Origin: Phoronis australis
Taxonomy: Eukaryota; Animalia; Phoronida
Assembly (NCBI GenBank): GCA_002633005.1
Contig: NMRA01000037.1
Span: forward strand, 1,231,634 to 1,295,633
Reading direction: 5' to 3'
Length of the DNA stretch: 64,000 nucleotides
Shown: one piece after another, positions 1 through 13,200 of the stretch
Position numbering within the stretch: position 1 is the first letter of the stretch
How the letters are laid out: the number at the start of each line of letters is the position of its first letter
Notes under the pieces: generated by a model
The model's input: only the letters and a program-made list of their open reading frames with translations
Databases searched by the model: none
What the model was told of the DNA's origin: nothing
Translations under genes and position numbers: made by a program

Positions 1-3
1 TAT

Positions 4-251
4 CATGCTCGCACCTCTAAATGGGGGGGCTCGAATTTTTGAGAATAGGGACCTTTACTAAGATAAAAAAGGCAAATGTGGACCTTTGACTAAAATAAAA
101 AACTGGGTATGTTTAGAGCTATGAATTGCGCATTCGCCGAATTTTGGTAGTTCCTGCGTTTTTAGTGGACTTTTGTCTCGTTTTCTACTTTTCGGACTTT
201 TTGTTTCTCTGAGGCGAACCTTTTTTGCCCACTTCGCCAAATGTGCGCATG
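4..251 (-). mobile_element. MITE family A copy (TIR catgcgcgcaccca-like)
   Basis: Reverse complement matches copies at 560-807, 10398-10615 and 50106-50362 (core ggcaaaaaggtccgcctcagagaaac...aaaattcgagc). Confidence 0.75.
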
Positions 252-559
252 CTTACACTCGAAAAAATTTCGAGAAAGCAAGACGAAGTTTCGTAAAATT
301 ACGCTAGTCACGAGTAAAATTAGCGCATGTTCGCAAACTTATTATTAGCGTACTCTAGCAAAATGACGGTGACTGAAGTCGGTTAGGTTGGAATATTGAA
401 TTGGGTAATAAAATTCACTCTTTCCAATGTATGAGTAAAGATTTGTCAAAGCAGGTCCTTCGCGAGTGTCTTGTTTCTGGGAACGCATACGCCCTACCAC
501 CGCTTTCATGAAAGCAAGGTAATCGACAAGTGTGCGCTAACGGTGAATTCAACAAGACT

Positions 560-807
560 CATGCGCGCACCCAGGAGGGGAGGGGCTCGGGAGGCTCGAA
601 CGAGACCCCCTATTTGGCGAAGTGGGCAAAAAGGTCCGCCCCAGAGAAACAAAAATTCCAAAAAAGTAGAAAACAAGACAAAAGTACACTAAAAAGCAGG
701 AATTCGGCGAATGCACAATTCATAGCTCTGAACGTACCCCGTTTTTTTAGAAAAGGGTTCACATTCTCAAAAATTCGAGCCCCTATTTTAGGCTGGGCGA
801 GTGTATA
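560..807 (+). mobile_element. MITE family A copy
   Basis: Starts catgcgcgcaccca, shares the family core, ends ttttaggctgggcgag. Confidence 0.75.
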
Positions 808-1215
808 CAAGACAAGCACGTTTTGAATTGGAAACACAAAGGCTGCCAAAAAACAATATCCTTCCATACAAATAGCGTAAACGACGGAAAATCTCTGCAA
901 CACGTCACTTGAAAGCGCTTCCTGACCAGTAGAAGAGTAACTCTCGAAGCTTTGGTGCCTTGCGTATAGCAAGGTCTATGATTTTGGGAGTTTACATCGA
1001 TGAAACTGTGAAATGAATGTTGTCTTTTCTCACACCGGGAAATTCACTGAGCGCTATTAATGAAATCTACTAAACCATGCAAATCTGACAATCTTTTAAG
1101 ATTGAAATACATCTTCCAATTATCGCCAACAAGTCTTGCTGTTATTCTTTATAGTTCCTGGAGAGCTTCGCATATCCACCACTGGCCAGAAAAACTATTA
1201 CCGTACTCCAAAACG

Positions 1216-1249
1216 TGACGTAAGATAAAAAAACTTCTTTGTGACGTCA
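1216..1249. promoter_or_regulatory. cAMP-response elements upstream of SLC9C1 start
   Basis: Perfect palindromic CRE TGACGTCA at 1242-1249 and variant TGACGTAA at 1216-1223, 40-75 nt before the ATG. Confidence 0.45.
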
Positions 1250-1290
1250 TAGAATACAACAGAGTTGTTTGAACACGATGTAAATAAATT

Positions 1291-4200
1291 ATGGGCGCGG
1301 CGCTAGCTTCAGGTGCCGAATCAACTGATCACTCTTCAAGTGAAGAGAAGACGAGCTGTGAACAGTACTGGGTATTCTACAATCTCTCCTCGTGTCATAA
1401 CGTCAGTCACATCAACGCTACTAATGCCTCTAACGCCACGATTTTGCTACAGAAACAGTGTAAAAAACTGGATCATTTTTTAAGCGAAAACGCGTGTCCC
1501 GCTCTGCATACCGAACATGCAGAGGGCCACGGGGAGACACCGACTATTATGATGTTTATATTTTCATGTTGCATTGTGGGAGGTGAGTTTACTGGCGGTT
1601 TTTCAACTATTTAAAAGAATGCATGCAACAGTGAATGCTATTTACAAAGATCAGTACGAGTACAATGCCAGTTATTAGGAGTTTCGGTTGCTACAAGTCC
1701 GAAGCTAAAAGTTCACATGCATGAACCATTCATCCAAGCTTAAATCAATGCAAACAAATCTTGCAGTTACAGTATAATTTGGAATAAACGGGACAACCTC
1801 AAAATTCAACGGTTTGGATGCATAAAACGGTGGATCCGTTTCAAAGCCGATTAAATTTCCAACAGAATCTCAGCAGGTGTTGGTCAACGCGCGAAATCGC
1901 AAAAACTTAAAATAAACAGCGGCTAAATTTCGACAAACGTGGTACTTTATTGTGATAAAAGTTCGATTATGATGCCAAATAATAATTTGACGGAGTCTGA
2001 CAGAGCTCGGTCGAAGTCTGTCCAGTTCATTTTGAAAAGTACAGCCGTGTGCTTAATTGTAGAGATTTCGAGCTTTTTAAAACTAAGAAAATGGAGTCGC
2101 GCAAGATATACGCTCATCTTCTGGTCACTTAATTAGAGTCGAATGTTAGGTTTCTATGTGTCTACATTTTTAACTATGGCCTTCTCATTTTGTATTGTAG
2201 CTCTCATTCGGACATTCCTCAAAAGAGTTCCCCTACCCTACACCGTAGTCCTGCTATTTATTGGCGTGATCATCGGTCTAATAGCCAGAATCTCCAAATC
2301 AATCGAAGCATATACAGAGATAGCATTTATGGACCCTCATCTGATTTTCCACGTGTTTCTACCAGTACTGATTTTTGAGTCGGCATTCTCGCTCGATATC
2401 CATACGTTTGGGAAAGTGCTGTTTCAAGTTATTCTACTGGCTCTTCCCGGATTAAGTGAGTTACGATCTTGTATAATTCACGTTTGGCATATTTAACCGT
2501 TATGCACAATTTTGTGAACAATTATCCTCCTGTGAAAAAAATTGTTGCGAACTACTGCACATCGAGTAAAAAAATTCGATCGAAAACGGACAATCGCCGC
2601 ACAGATAAAAAAGTTCATGTTGATTCGACACTTCGTCTATTCATTAGACATCATCAGGTCATAAACAATAAGACATCAACAGCCGATTTCATAAGCCTAT
2701 TATTAGGGTGGTGTAAAGTTAAACCTGGTTTCAACTGGACTTAGACCAAATAATATGCGTTTCATAAAGGTGGTTTAACTTTTAGATCAGTGGTTTAGTA
2801 AAACCTGGTTTAACTCGAGTCTAGACCTGGGCCCGGTCTCTAATCTTTGTACTCGAAACGAACTCGAAACTAGTTTTGGTAATTTCTCTGCTCCTTTTGT
2901 TCGAACTTAAGATAATTGGTTATCAGACTGTGCTCGAATACATTATAGTTTATGCATAGGAGTTTCTAGTTCAAGTTTGCCTTTGAAGACCCTTATATTC
3001 GTGCTACAAACTCGAGTAAAAACTCGAATTTTTTAGTTCAAACTCGAACTTATTGCTTTAATATTGGGTTTACAAGCTGTGAACTAAGGGCAATAAATTA
3101 TCTACGTAAGTTATTGTGTACTCGAGCATAGAATAATAGACACTTATCTTGAGTTTGCCCAAAAGTAAAGTAGAAAATGCCAAAGCTAATTTCGAGTTCC
3201 ATTTCGAGTAAAAAGATTGGACACCGGTCCCTGGTCTAAGTCAGTTTTCATTTCACCAACGATTTCTACATTCCTTAGACCTGCATAAAGATCTTAAACC
3301 TGGTTAAACTTTGGACTTGGTCAGACTCAGGTTTAATACTATTAAATATGGCAGATTTGTACGATATAGGTGCAACTGAATGATGCTGTGGTGTACATTT
3401 ACGACGCAGTTTTAGAGCGAGAACGGACTATTTTCAATATTCAGTTTTTGGACGACACAAAATCAAACGTTATTGGGGGGACCAAAAATTTCTAAAAGCG
3501 GGAGGAGGGGGGTGGGATCAAGGTCAGGAGGGCCTGGGTCAACAATCTGAAATTTATAGATTTTACTTCACTAAAATCAAGGGAAAAAGGGGGTCCGCAC
3601 CCATTGAACCCCTGGATTCGCCTATACGAAAATCACTACGTACTGAATGGTGTCCTCCGAATTCCTCAGAATGTTGCGAGTTACACCTCAATTAATACCC
3701 GATTTAAGGTTGCCAGGCGGGGGTCCTGCCCCAGTGGCCATGGACCCCTAAAATTCTCCCGGATTCCATTTGGCAGTTCGGGGGTGCGAATGTCTGACGG
3801 GCAAAATCCTGGCTAATACTCTGCCCTGGCCCCCCTAACTCAAAATTCTGGATCCGACAATACAAAATGAAAAACGTCTCCTCATGATATCTTAGATCTG
3901 CCACTTGAGGTCCCTCGCCGTTTTTCTTTGCAATTTTTTTCACTGATGAAATTTTCTTTCTGGTCATTATTCTGGATCAAGATATCACCAAGCCTGCTGT
4001 TTACGTTGTCTTGATTTGGCGCCAATTTTCTTGTTCTCGACTATGACATTGGCTTTTTCTCAGATCAGTTATGGGAGAGAACATTTTTCCTCGTGAGTAA
4101 AGCTTTTAGCCCTTTTCGCAAATGTCTGCAATGATTCTACAGCTGTGTGTCATTATGTACTCACGTGATCAATGTTTCATTGAAGCACATCACTAGTTTC

Positions 4201-7200
4201 TTTGTTGGGTTAATCCGGATCAACACAGTGGGGTGGCTTGCATAAATTAAAAAAGGTTTTACTCAACCCGCTTCATGGTTTAACAAAACCAGGCTTTCAG
4301 ACATTTAAACCATGTTGGTAAATTGCAAGTTGGGTCTAAAATTAGACCAGGTCTAGGAAGTCCAGGTTTAACTCTTAAACCTGGTTTTGTTAAACCACCT
4401 TTATCAAATTGGCTGCAGGTGTCGACATACCAGTCAGGTTACATCCATGTAATGAAATGTAGTGAAATAGGTGTAGCAAGCAAGAAATAGTAAATAGGTC
4501 GTCCCCATAACTGTGGGGTCATAGAGCTATGCATGTTATTTAGAGAACCAATTACTGTTTAATGTACAGTAATTTATTTCTTTATAGGATCTTTACAGAT
4601 AATACCGACTGAATTGGCTTGGTGATTACTAACACAAGAACTATTTTTATTTGTGCGTTGATTATCTGTCTGTTGGTCCTGCTATGGCCAAAAATGATGT
4701 AATTAACAAATCCAACCCTAATCAGAAAGAGTTGTCTACAAAATCAAAATGAAGACCACTCTCTTTCCAAACTGACTAAAATATCAACCGCCCAATCATT
4801 TTATGTAACAGTTCCTGTACAAGACACCCACTATTAATTAGTAACGCTGAGCGGTTTTGCTCTTCTGAGTTGAAATATGCGATTCTTTAGCAAAGTGTTA
4901 GATATCCCGACTATTGTCACCTCTAAGCACTGGTCCTCTACATTTCTTGCAGTTGTTGCGACATCTCTCACAGCACTTCTGTCCAAATTTATATTCAGCT
5001 ACGGATGGTCCTGGGCCATTGCGATGATCTTTGGTGCAATAGTTAGTGCCACTGACCCTGTCGCTGTGGTGGCATTACTCAAAGACCTAGGTAAAATGCT
5101 TTGTTTGCAGGGGTAACATTATGAACTCCTGTGAACATCGTGCGAACGATTTTTCTATCATTTCTTGCTGGCTTCGTAAGGCAGCCGCGTTGGAGTCCAG
5201 CATTCGCAAACTGTTTGCAAGTTCACAGCCATGGCGACGACCCTGTACAAGGATTTTCACGAAAAATGTTTTGACGAAAGCAACTCATACCTCGCCTCAA
5301 TACAGGCCCGTAAAAATAAAAGCTTGACAAGATTATTGTGTATTAGTTAGAGTTGGTAAGCAATATTATGGAACCTCAAACCCCTACTGCGTGTTGGTCG
5401 TAAGAATGTCTCGAGCCATTATTCGACTGCAGTGCCCCTTGCAGCATTCGCAGGAATGCCATTCGAACGGTTTTTCGTATGCTATTCTTACGAAGTTGTT
5501 AGAAAGGCAATTGTAGGGAAGTACGTCATTTTGACGTGCTTGGTGTTCTTAGAGGAGTAAGCAAGATCTGCGATGTTCAAGCAAGTTCTCTTTTTGAAAG
5601 ATTTTCGAAGAACAACGTCTTTCGACACAAGAGGAAAGAGAGTGAAGGAAAGAACTATTCAGCAAGCGAAACTTCTCTACAAATTTTATAACAGATGAAT
5701 CCGCAAACACAGATATTTCTTAAAGCCCTGTATAGACGGCATCCGTTTACAGGGTGTACCCCGACAAAATGTGTCAATCATCTTATCAACAACTTGCAAG
5801 AGGCATGAGTCACACACGGCGGTGCAGCACAACCAACTTTCAAAATTGAAATTATAGGATCGCCGTAAATAAGCATCTTAACAAATAACGTAGGCACTCT
5901 AGGACCATCGCAAAAACAATATAATTTCCCAAAAAACGTCTCCTAACCAGTTGTTTTTGTGAATTTTGTCGTACAAACTTTGTAAAAAGCTCGAAAGAGA
6001 CTTTGCTACCTCTACGAATACCTGCGAACTCTAGAATTTGTAGACATTGGGATGCCGTACAAACATATCATTCGTATGAACTTTCGCGGTCGTAGCTTTA
6101 ATTTGAATGTCTACCTTTTCATTCGCTTCTGATTGGTTATGAGTAGGCCAAGTGTCGGCCATTTTGGTTGACGGTTTTACGATAATGTCGGTTTCTAGTG
6201 TGAAATGTGCCGGGTTTTCGTATGATTGGTAGGCGTTATAGTTACATTACATTGTCGGACTGAGCCAGGGTTTGGGAAGTTTTGTAACCCCAAACAAAAT
6301 ATATTCAAATTGTCATTGGCTGCAATTGACTGACTTCGCTGGTTCCGCCGGATCATCCGGCTAAGATGTCTGATTGGTCTATAAGTCGGAAGTTGCCATC
6401 GAAAACCAAACAGATGTCGTAGCTGGTTGACTAGCTGGAGCTGGGGAAGACAATCAAGTGTAATATTTTTTAAGTTACCAGAGTCTCTCCTGAGGTGTCG
6501 TTTCAAGGGAAACAATACCGTTTGTTTTTGTTTAGTCATGCACGTCGTGACAGCGCTGTGGAACTCCATAAATTTAGATTGATTTTGAAACTGGGTAAAG
6601 TCAATGGGCGAATCAGGGAAGTGTTTTGAGGAGCAGTCTTGTTTACGAAAAAAAATACAAACATAGTAATTGTAGCTTTTGTTTTTAACATATAAATTTA
6701 AAATACCGTTTGCTGTAGATTAAAAAAATATCTTGAATTCAAGTTTTGTGAGTGGTCGGAGAATTCTAAAAGCAGGCGATGTCATTCTCTTCTTTTGGTA
6801 TGCTCTATTTTTAGCAAATACCCAAAAGAGAATTGTGTTTTGTCTTGCAGGTGCATCGAAGACACTTGCCATTCTAATAGAAGGGGAATCTCTTCTTAAT
6901 GACGGAGCGGCCATTGTAATATTTAACGTAATCATAGATATCGTATCGAAAGGACAGAGCAGTCCCTATTACTCTGGTGAGATATGTCTGCTTTTGGAAG
7001 ATTTCTAAAGAAAATGAGCGATCGCTATGCGAGCCGAGAACATAAAGCAGCTTTTAAATCGACGTTTNNNNNNNNNNNNNNNNNNNNNNNNNNNNNNNNN
7101 NNNNNNNNNNNNNNNNNNNNNNNNNNNNNNNNNNNNNNNNNNNNNNNNNNNNNNNNNNNNNNNNNNNNNNNNNNNNNNNGGGAGGTAGGCAGCGAGGAGG

Positions 7201-10200
7201 GAGGGAGCGAGGCGGGAGGGAGCAAAGAGGGAGGGAGGGAGGGAGGGAGGGAGGGAGGAAGGAGGGAGGGAGGTGGCTTTAAGTGACCCTTAGAATTATA
7301 AACCGCTAAAATTAATTGATAATGCTGGTAATGATGTTGACCCTGAATTTCATTGTACTATGCTACATCATGCCATCACGCTTATTTAGGCCCATAAATT
7401 GAAGAAACTTTGTCATTGTAGTTGGTGGAGTAGCGCTGTATTTCCTTCGAGTCAGTCTAGGCGGTCCGGCACTGGGATGGGTTTTTGGCAAACTAACCAC
7501 TTTTTGGCTGTCTATGATATTTAACGATGCCATGACGGAGATCACAATTACGCTGGGCGCAGCTTACGTCACTTTCTACGTGGGTAAGTCTGCGCATGCT
7601 GAAGCAAAGACGTGCGTTATGGCAATCCTACCATCAAAGTAAATTGATGACGTGCAAGTAGTAAAAATGAGACACATGTCCGAGTTATCAAGCTAGACGT
7701 TTTTATGTTTAAAGAGGCCTGGAATGCGATAAAAAGATTAAATTGAAATATTGAAAGTAATTCTCTACCACTAAAACAGGATTCAACCTGCTCACCAGGT
7801 ATTTTTAGGATTTGCTCGTAAAGATTTTTGATTTCTGTTGACAAGAAAGTATTTTCTTTTAGCTTCAAAATTCACAAAAACGATCCGTCAACTGCTCGCC
7901 ACTTCGTCGATTTTTCTCTCACAAGACAGCACGTCTTCTTATTTAGTATGGCAAGACATAGACCAAGCACATTTCCTTATGTGGAAAATGTGACTTTTGA
8001 CCTCAAGCGACTTCAAGCAATTGACTGTGAGCACAGACGTGCATTTATCCCAAGTGGGAGGGATATTAGAAAGTCTATGGTAATCACAGAGTTTTTCCTT
8101 TACGTGTATTTTGAAAATCGTGAAATTTGTGATTTTTATGCAAATTTCCTCACAGGGGAAAGTGAATTACTCTGTACAAGACGTTGCGATGTGGTACTGT
8201 CGCCAGAAATTGTTTGAAATATGTTTTTGATGAGCTTTCGCGTTCCATTCCTCTTTAACGTTTCTAGTATGACGAGTAAGTTTTTACTTCAAAAGTTTTT
8301 GCAAATGTACTAATTTGCTAAGATTTTTTTGGTAGATTATTTAGGAAGTTTGATTCGTTCGCTTGTCGAGGACACAAATCAAAATTTAGTCAACTTCTGG
8401 ACTACCGTAAGCATTGTCCCCACTAGTGCAATGAAGTGTCGAAGCCAACTACACGAAGTCCTACATGTAGAGTACACATCAATCATTGCTCATCACGTGC
8501 AACATATCAGGGTTGCAGGTAAAAGAGTAATTAACTCGCCCTTTCAGTCCAAACAAATTTTTGAATTAGATCTTTTTCTGTCATGAAATCTGTCTCGCCT
8601 TGTCATGGGCGGTGCAGCACTGAAAAAGGTGGAGGCTATAGCCCCAGCGCCCAGCCCGCTATGATGCACCGCCCATGCTTGATCCTTATTCAAATCAAAC
8701 ACAGGGCTTAGACTTGATAAGAACGGACAAGTTCTTATTGTTACAGACCAGGGACATTAACCATTTACCTTGTTTTGACAAGTGACTAATTTGTCAACAT
8801 CGTTAAACCTTCCTGTGCCCCTCTGCGTATCCCAACCGTGTATTCGAAACCCCGACAACCAGAAAATAGAAGAAAACAGGCTTCAATTGATTACATGTGA
8901 TTCATTTCTCCACGGACATGAGTGAGACGTATGAACGTACTGAGCGCCAATATGTCCTGTCCACCAATACACGAGTTTATTGTATAAACATGTGCTATAA
9001 AATGTGTTTAATATGAAATTTGTGACTTCAAGCACGCCAATTGTCTTGTCAGGGCGTGACCGCCAAGAGATGATCCTTGTAAACAATTTTAACTCAAACA
9101 CAGAATAAAAAGGTGACGACGTTACTTTGGGTGAGCAAAACACACCTTTGAAGAAAATGTCTTTTTTTGAACTTTAGAAAATGGTTTATAATGGTTTTAA
9201 AGAGTTTGTGATGGACTGTCAAATAAATCAGTATCAAAATCTCACAAGGTAAATATTTATTACGTTGCTGATCAAACAGTTAATTTTCCCACATTCCACA
9301 GTAGCATGTCACTTGCATAGCACTTTCGGCAGATTGAAATCACGTAAATCAACATTCCAACCTCACCGACCAACCACTCCAGTGTCCGCCATTTAGGTCG
9401 TGTACACCAGTATGATCCTGAGTACACTCGCGATCCACTCGCCTCTCGCTGACGTGTTTCGCTTGGTCTAGTTATTTGGGTATTTTGCGTCTGCGCGATG
9501 CACCCTTGTGATCATGGATGTGCGTGCGTAAAAAGGACAACCAGTTGCATTCGGTACTAGAATATATAACAATGTCCCTTTTTTGCAGGTGAAGTGTTTT
9601 TCAGGGTCTCTGGTGTATTGGCCGTTGTAATGCTTGGCGTGGTAATGAGCTCTGAGAAAACGAGTATCAGTCCAGAAGTAGAGATATTCCTTCACAGGTA
9701 AATTGACCAGGTGTACACCAACTTTACATCCAAGTAAAATACAATGAATTTGCCTCAACGAGACGACAAGTACCAGGTGGTTCGAGCTTCTTCAATTTTG
9801 GTTATCCCTGAGTAAGCTTAAGAAAACTCTTGCCACATCTAAATTAATGTTGTGTTATTCCAAAACAGTTGCATACTGCATGTTTTGAAAGATAATGTTC
9901 TGAAACCACCCAAAAGCAACTTGTTCCTATGAGGGTATTTTTGCAGCAAGAGATTGACGTCAGTATAATTTTTCACCGATTACACATAAGAATTTACTTT
10001 CATCCAGGTTTTGGGAAATGTTGGCTTATCTAGCAAACACACTTATATTCGTGCTGGTCGGCATTGTGATTGCTCGTCGCATAGGTGATCACATGGAACC
10101 AATGGACGGATTCAACTTCATTTCCTGTTACATTGGTGTCAACATTATCAGGTAAACAATGCCCGTCTACGTGTGCAAATATCTTTATAATGTTAATACA

Positions 10201-13200
10201 GCGGCAACTTTTCTTACGCGGAAGCATGAATAGCAGGTGTGAAAAGGCAAATAACAGTGTAGGGGGAGTTTTCCTTGTAATCAACATCTATGCAGCATGC
10301 TTTCTACCTCCCGGAAAGAGAAGAGTTCAATCCAAGATGGGTCTATTTAAGTGACCATTAGCTACTTTTCAGATGCTTCCATATCTACAACATAAGACAT
10401 GCGCGCCGCCATTTGGCAAAATTGGCAAAAAGGTCCGCCTCAGAGAAACAGCAATCCCAAATAAAGTAGAAAACGAGACAAAAGTAAACTAAAAAGGCAA
10501 GAATTACCAAAATTCGGCGAATCCACAATCCATAGCCCTGAACGTGCCCCGTGAATCCTAGTAAAAGGTTCACGTTATCAAAAATTCGAGCTCTCCATTT
10601 TAGGCTGGGTGCGCAAGATTAAGCAAATTCAGTCCTTATGCCCATTTCTGTTGGCCGGTGTATTTGTAAACGTCCTCCTGGACACATTCATGCACTTGTT
10701 GGGTGATTCACACGAATCCACTGTTAAGTTTGTGCATTTGGCGTCGAAGAGACGGGCGACATTGATTTCTATATGGCTATGTATTTTGGGTCAGTGATCT
10801 GGTGTACTGGATAAATGATTCTGAACTAAACAAATTTAAGAGGGTTCAACACGACAAAAATACCGTATTTGAGGTCCAACCCCGACATGGAACAATCGTT
10901 GAAACTATAATCGTCTATAATCTAATTTCAAGTTCCCATCTTTTGCAGTAGATCTTAATCTCCCAATTGTTAAAACATATTCTCTTTTCAAAAAAATACA
11001 ATCATATTTTCTTCGTGACTTCCTAAATTGATATCACACTTGTTGCCAACAGACACATGGGTACAGCCGTTTCGTAGACGCAATACAAGTAATATCGCCG
11101 AGAGAGCTAGGTGTGATCAAGTACTCGCTACAAGTACATGGCAACTTCTGTCACCAAGACATGCGTGCTCTTGCAGTTTCATATCGTTGGCCAAATGGAT
11201 TAATGTTACGCACATAAATTGCGTGCGTAAGATAACTGTTGTTAGCTGCGTAAAGTAACTATATGCGACATCAAATAAGATTTAAAGACGTAAAAAATAT
11301 TTGCAGGGTGAAGGAATTTTTAATGGCTTAAAGTAATTATTTGTGGCGCAAAATAATTATTTGCGGCGTATATTAAAAGTAATTTACGTGCGTGATTTAC
11401 ACTGTAAATGATTACACCGTTAAAATTTACTTTACGCCGCAAATTATTACTTTACGCCACTAACAAGAAGTAATTTACGCACATACTTTACATGCGTAAG
11501 GCACACCCATTTGGCCAACGACATTTCCATGGCATTCTTGTCTTAAGAAAACGCACGGGTGAATTTCAAGCATTTAGAAGATGACAGTTTTACAGTCACC
11601 GTGTTACCGCCAAGGTATAACTCAAAAGCGTATACTTCATATCAATCCTGCCTAATCAATTTCACTTCTCCGTTTCAGGGGCTTAACGATAGGCCTTTGC
11701 GGCCCTCTACTGATGAGGATGGGATACGGGTTCACATGGCAAAACGGGGTGGTGATGACATGGGCTGGTCTCCGTGGCGCTGTAGGGCTCACTCTCGCTC
11801 TTCTACTGTCCAACTATCCACAATTAGATAAGAAGACAGTGTCCAGCAAGGTGAGATGAATCGAATTTGAACACGTCTTTAACAGGTCACCTTGTTGAAA
11901 GAAACGCCAATCTTTGCAGGGGCGCATAATACGACATCATTCCAGCCTTAGTGCATATACATGAACCGGCGCATGCTCATTGTAATGAATTAAATGTCAA
12001 TTACGACTAGATTGAATACATTCGAAACAAACCAATGCTAAGTAATCCTCTTTAAGCATCAAGAATGTGTCCGGTATCATTATTTATTTCCTTCTAGATA
12101 TTATTTCACACCGCCGGAATCGTGATGATGACGTTGTTTCTCAATGCTACAACTATCAAGTGGCTGCTGAAGAAACTAGGTAGGCTAACCATTTCCCTTT
12201 GCAACATCATTGGCCATATTTTGGGCATAACAGATAATATCGTATATTACGTTTATGTACCTACAGAACGTGATTTGTGCTGATGTAGTCAGACGTCTAC
12301 AGATGACGACTGTCTTCTCCCTGCCCAAATACTTATCATTACTCTGACCACCCTGTATACAGTAGCTGCTTCTCTTTTTGTCCTCAGCCGTGGATCTGAC
12401 ATTGCTTTCTTCCAACAGTGTGGCGTCATCACAAATGGTTACCAGATTCCTCAGGCGTTCGTTTCAACTCTGAACTATAATGTCCTAAGCTGGCGGGTCC
12501 ACGATGTTTGCCAATTCAGTGTGCGTCTATCTGTTGCACACATTTGTGATACCGCAACCAACAAGAAGCCTCCTGTTTCTCCTCACTTAAGTTTTTGACG
12601 GCCACTCGTCCGTCCTTTCCGTGCACTCCAAGAGTCTGTAATAATGGTCATGTTGATCCGGCAGGGAAACTCTTGCATCCCATCTTTACAGGAAATAACC
12701 ACGTCCTTCAACCTCTTTCACGGCAGCTACTCTCCAGCTTGATGTACTTGTTGGCTTTTCTCTCGTTTGTTTCTTCATAAGCTTTTTCCTATAGCACCGT
12801 CAATTCTGCGATAGTCACAGTTCTCATTGGCAACCACATCTTTATGCTATGTTATGTTAAGTTATGTCTGACCGAAGTCTTGTCTGTACTAGTTATGGAA
12901 ACACAATTCACGCCTTTAGATACACTCTTAGGTTTCAAAATTATGCAGCAACAAAATTGAGAAGAATCTTTTTCAAAATTTTCCAAACTGCTCACTTTAG
13001 GCTTCTTCGAAGAGTTTCATGGCATTAACATTTGAATGCTGCAAAATCGTTTGTTTTGAGGCTATGCAATATGGCGGCAAATGAGGAGGAGCGCCCTCGT
13101 ATGCACGTCTAACGGTATATTATGTTTTGCTTGTAGTTGCTGATGATGTTTGCTTTCAGGAATGAGTGAAGTTTCCACCCCGAAAAAAATGGCAATGCAG

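Noticed and set aside
58-972. Lys-rich short ORFs at the window start (and similar ones at 10385 and 50069)
   Set aside because: Translations of MITE family A.
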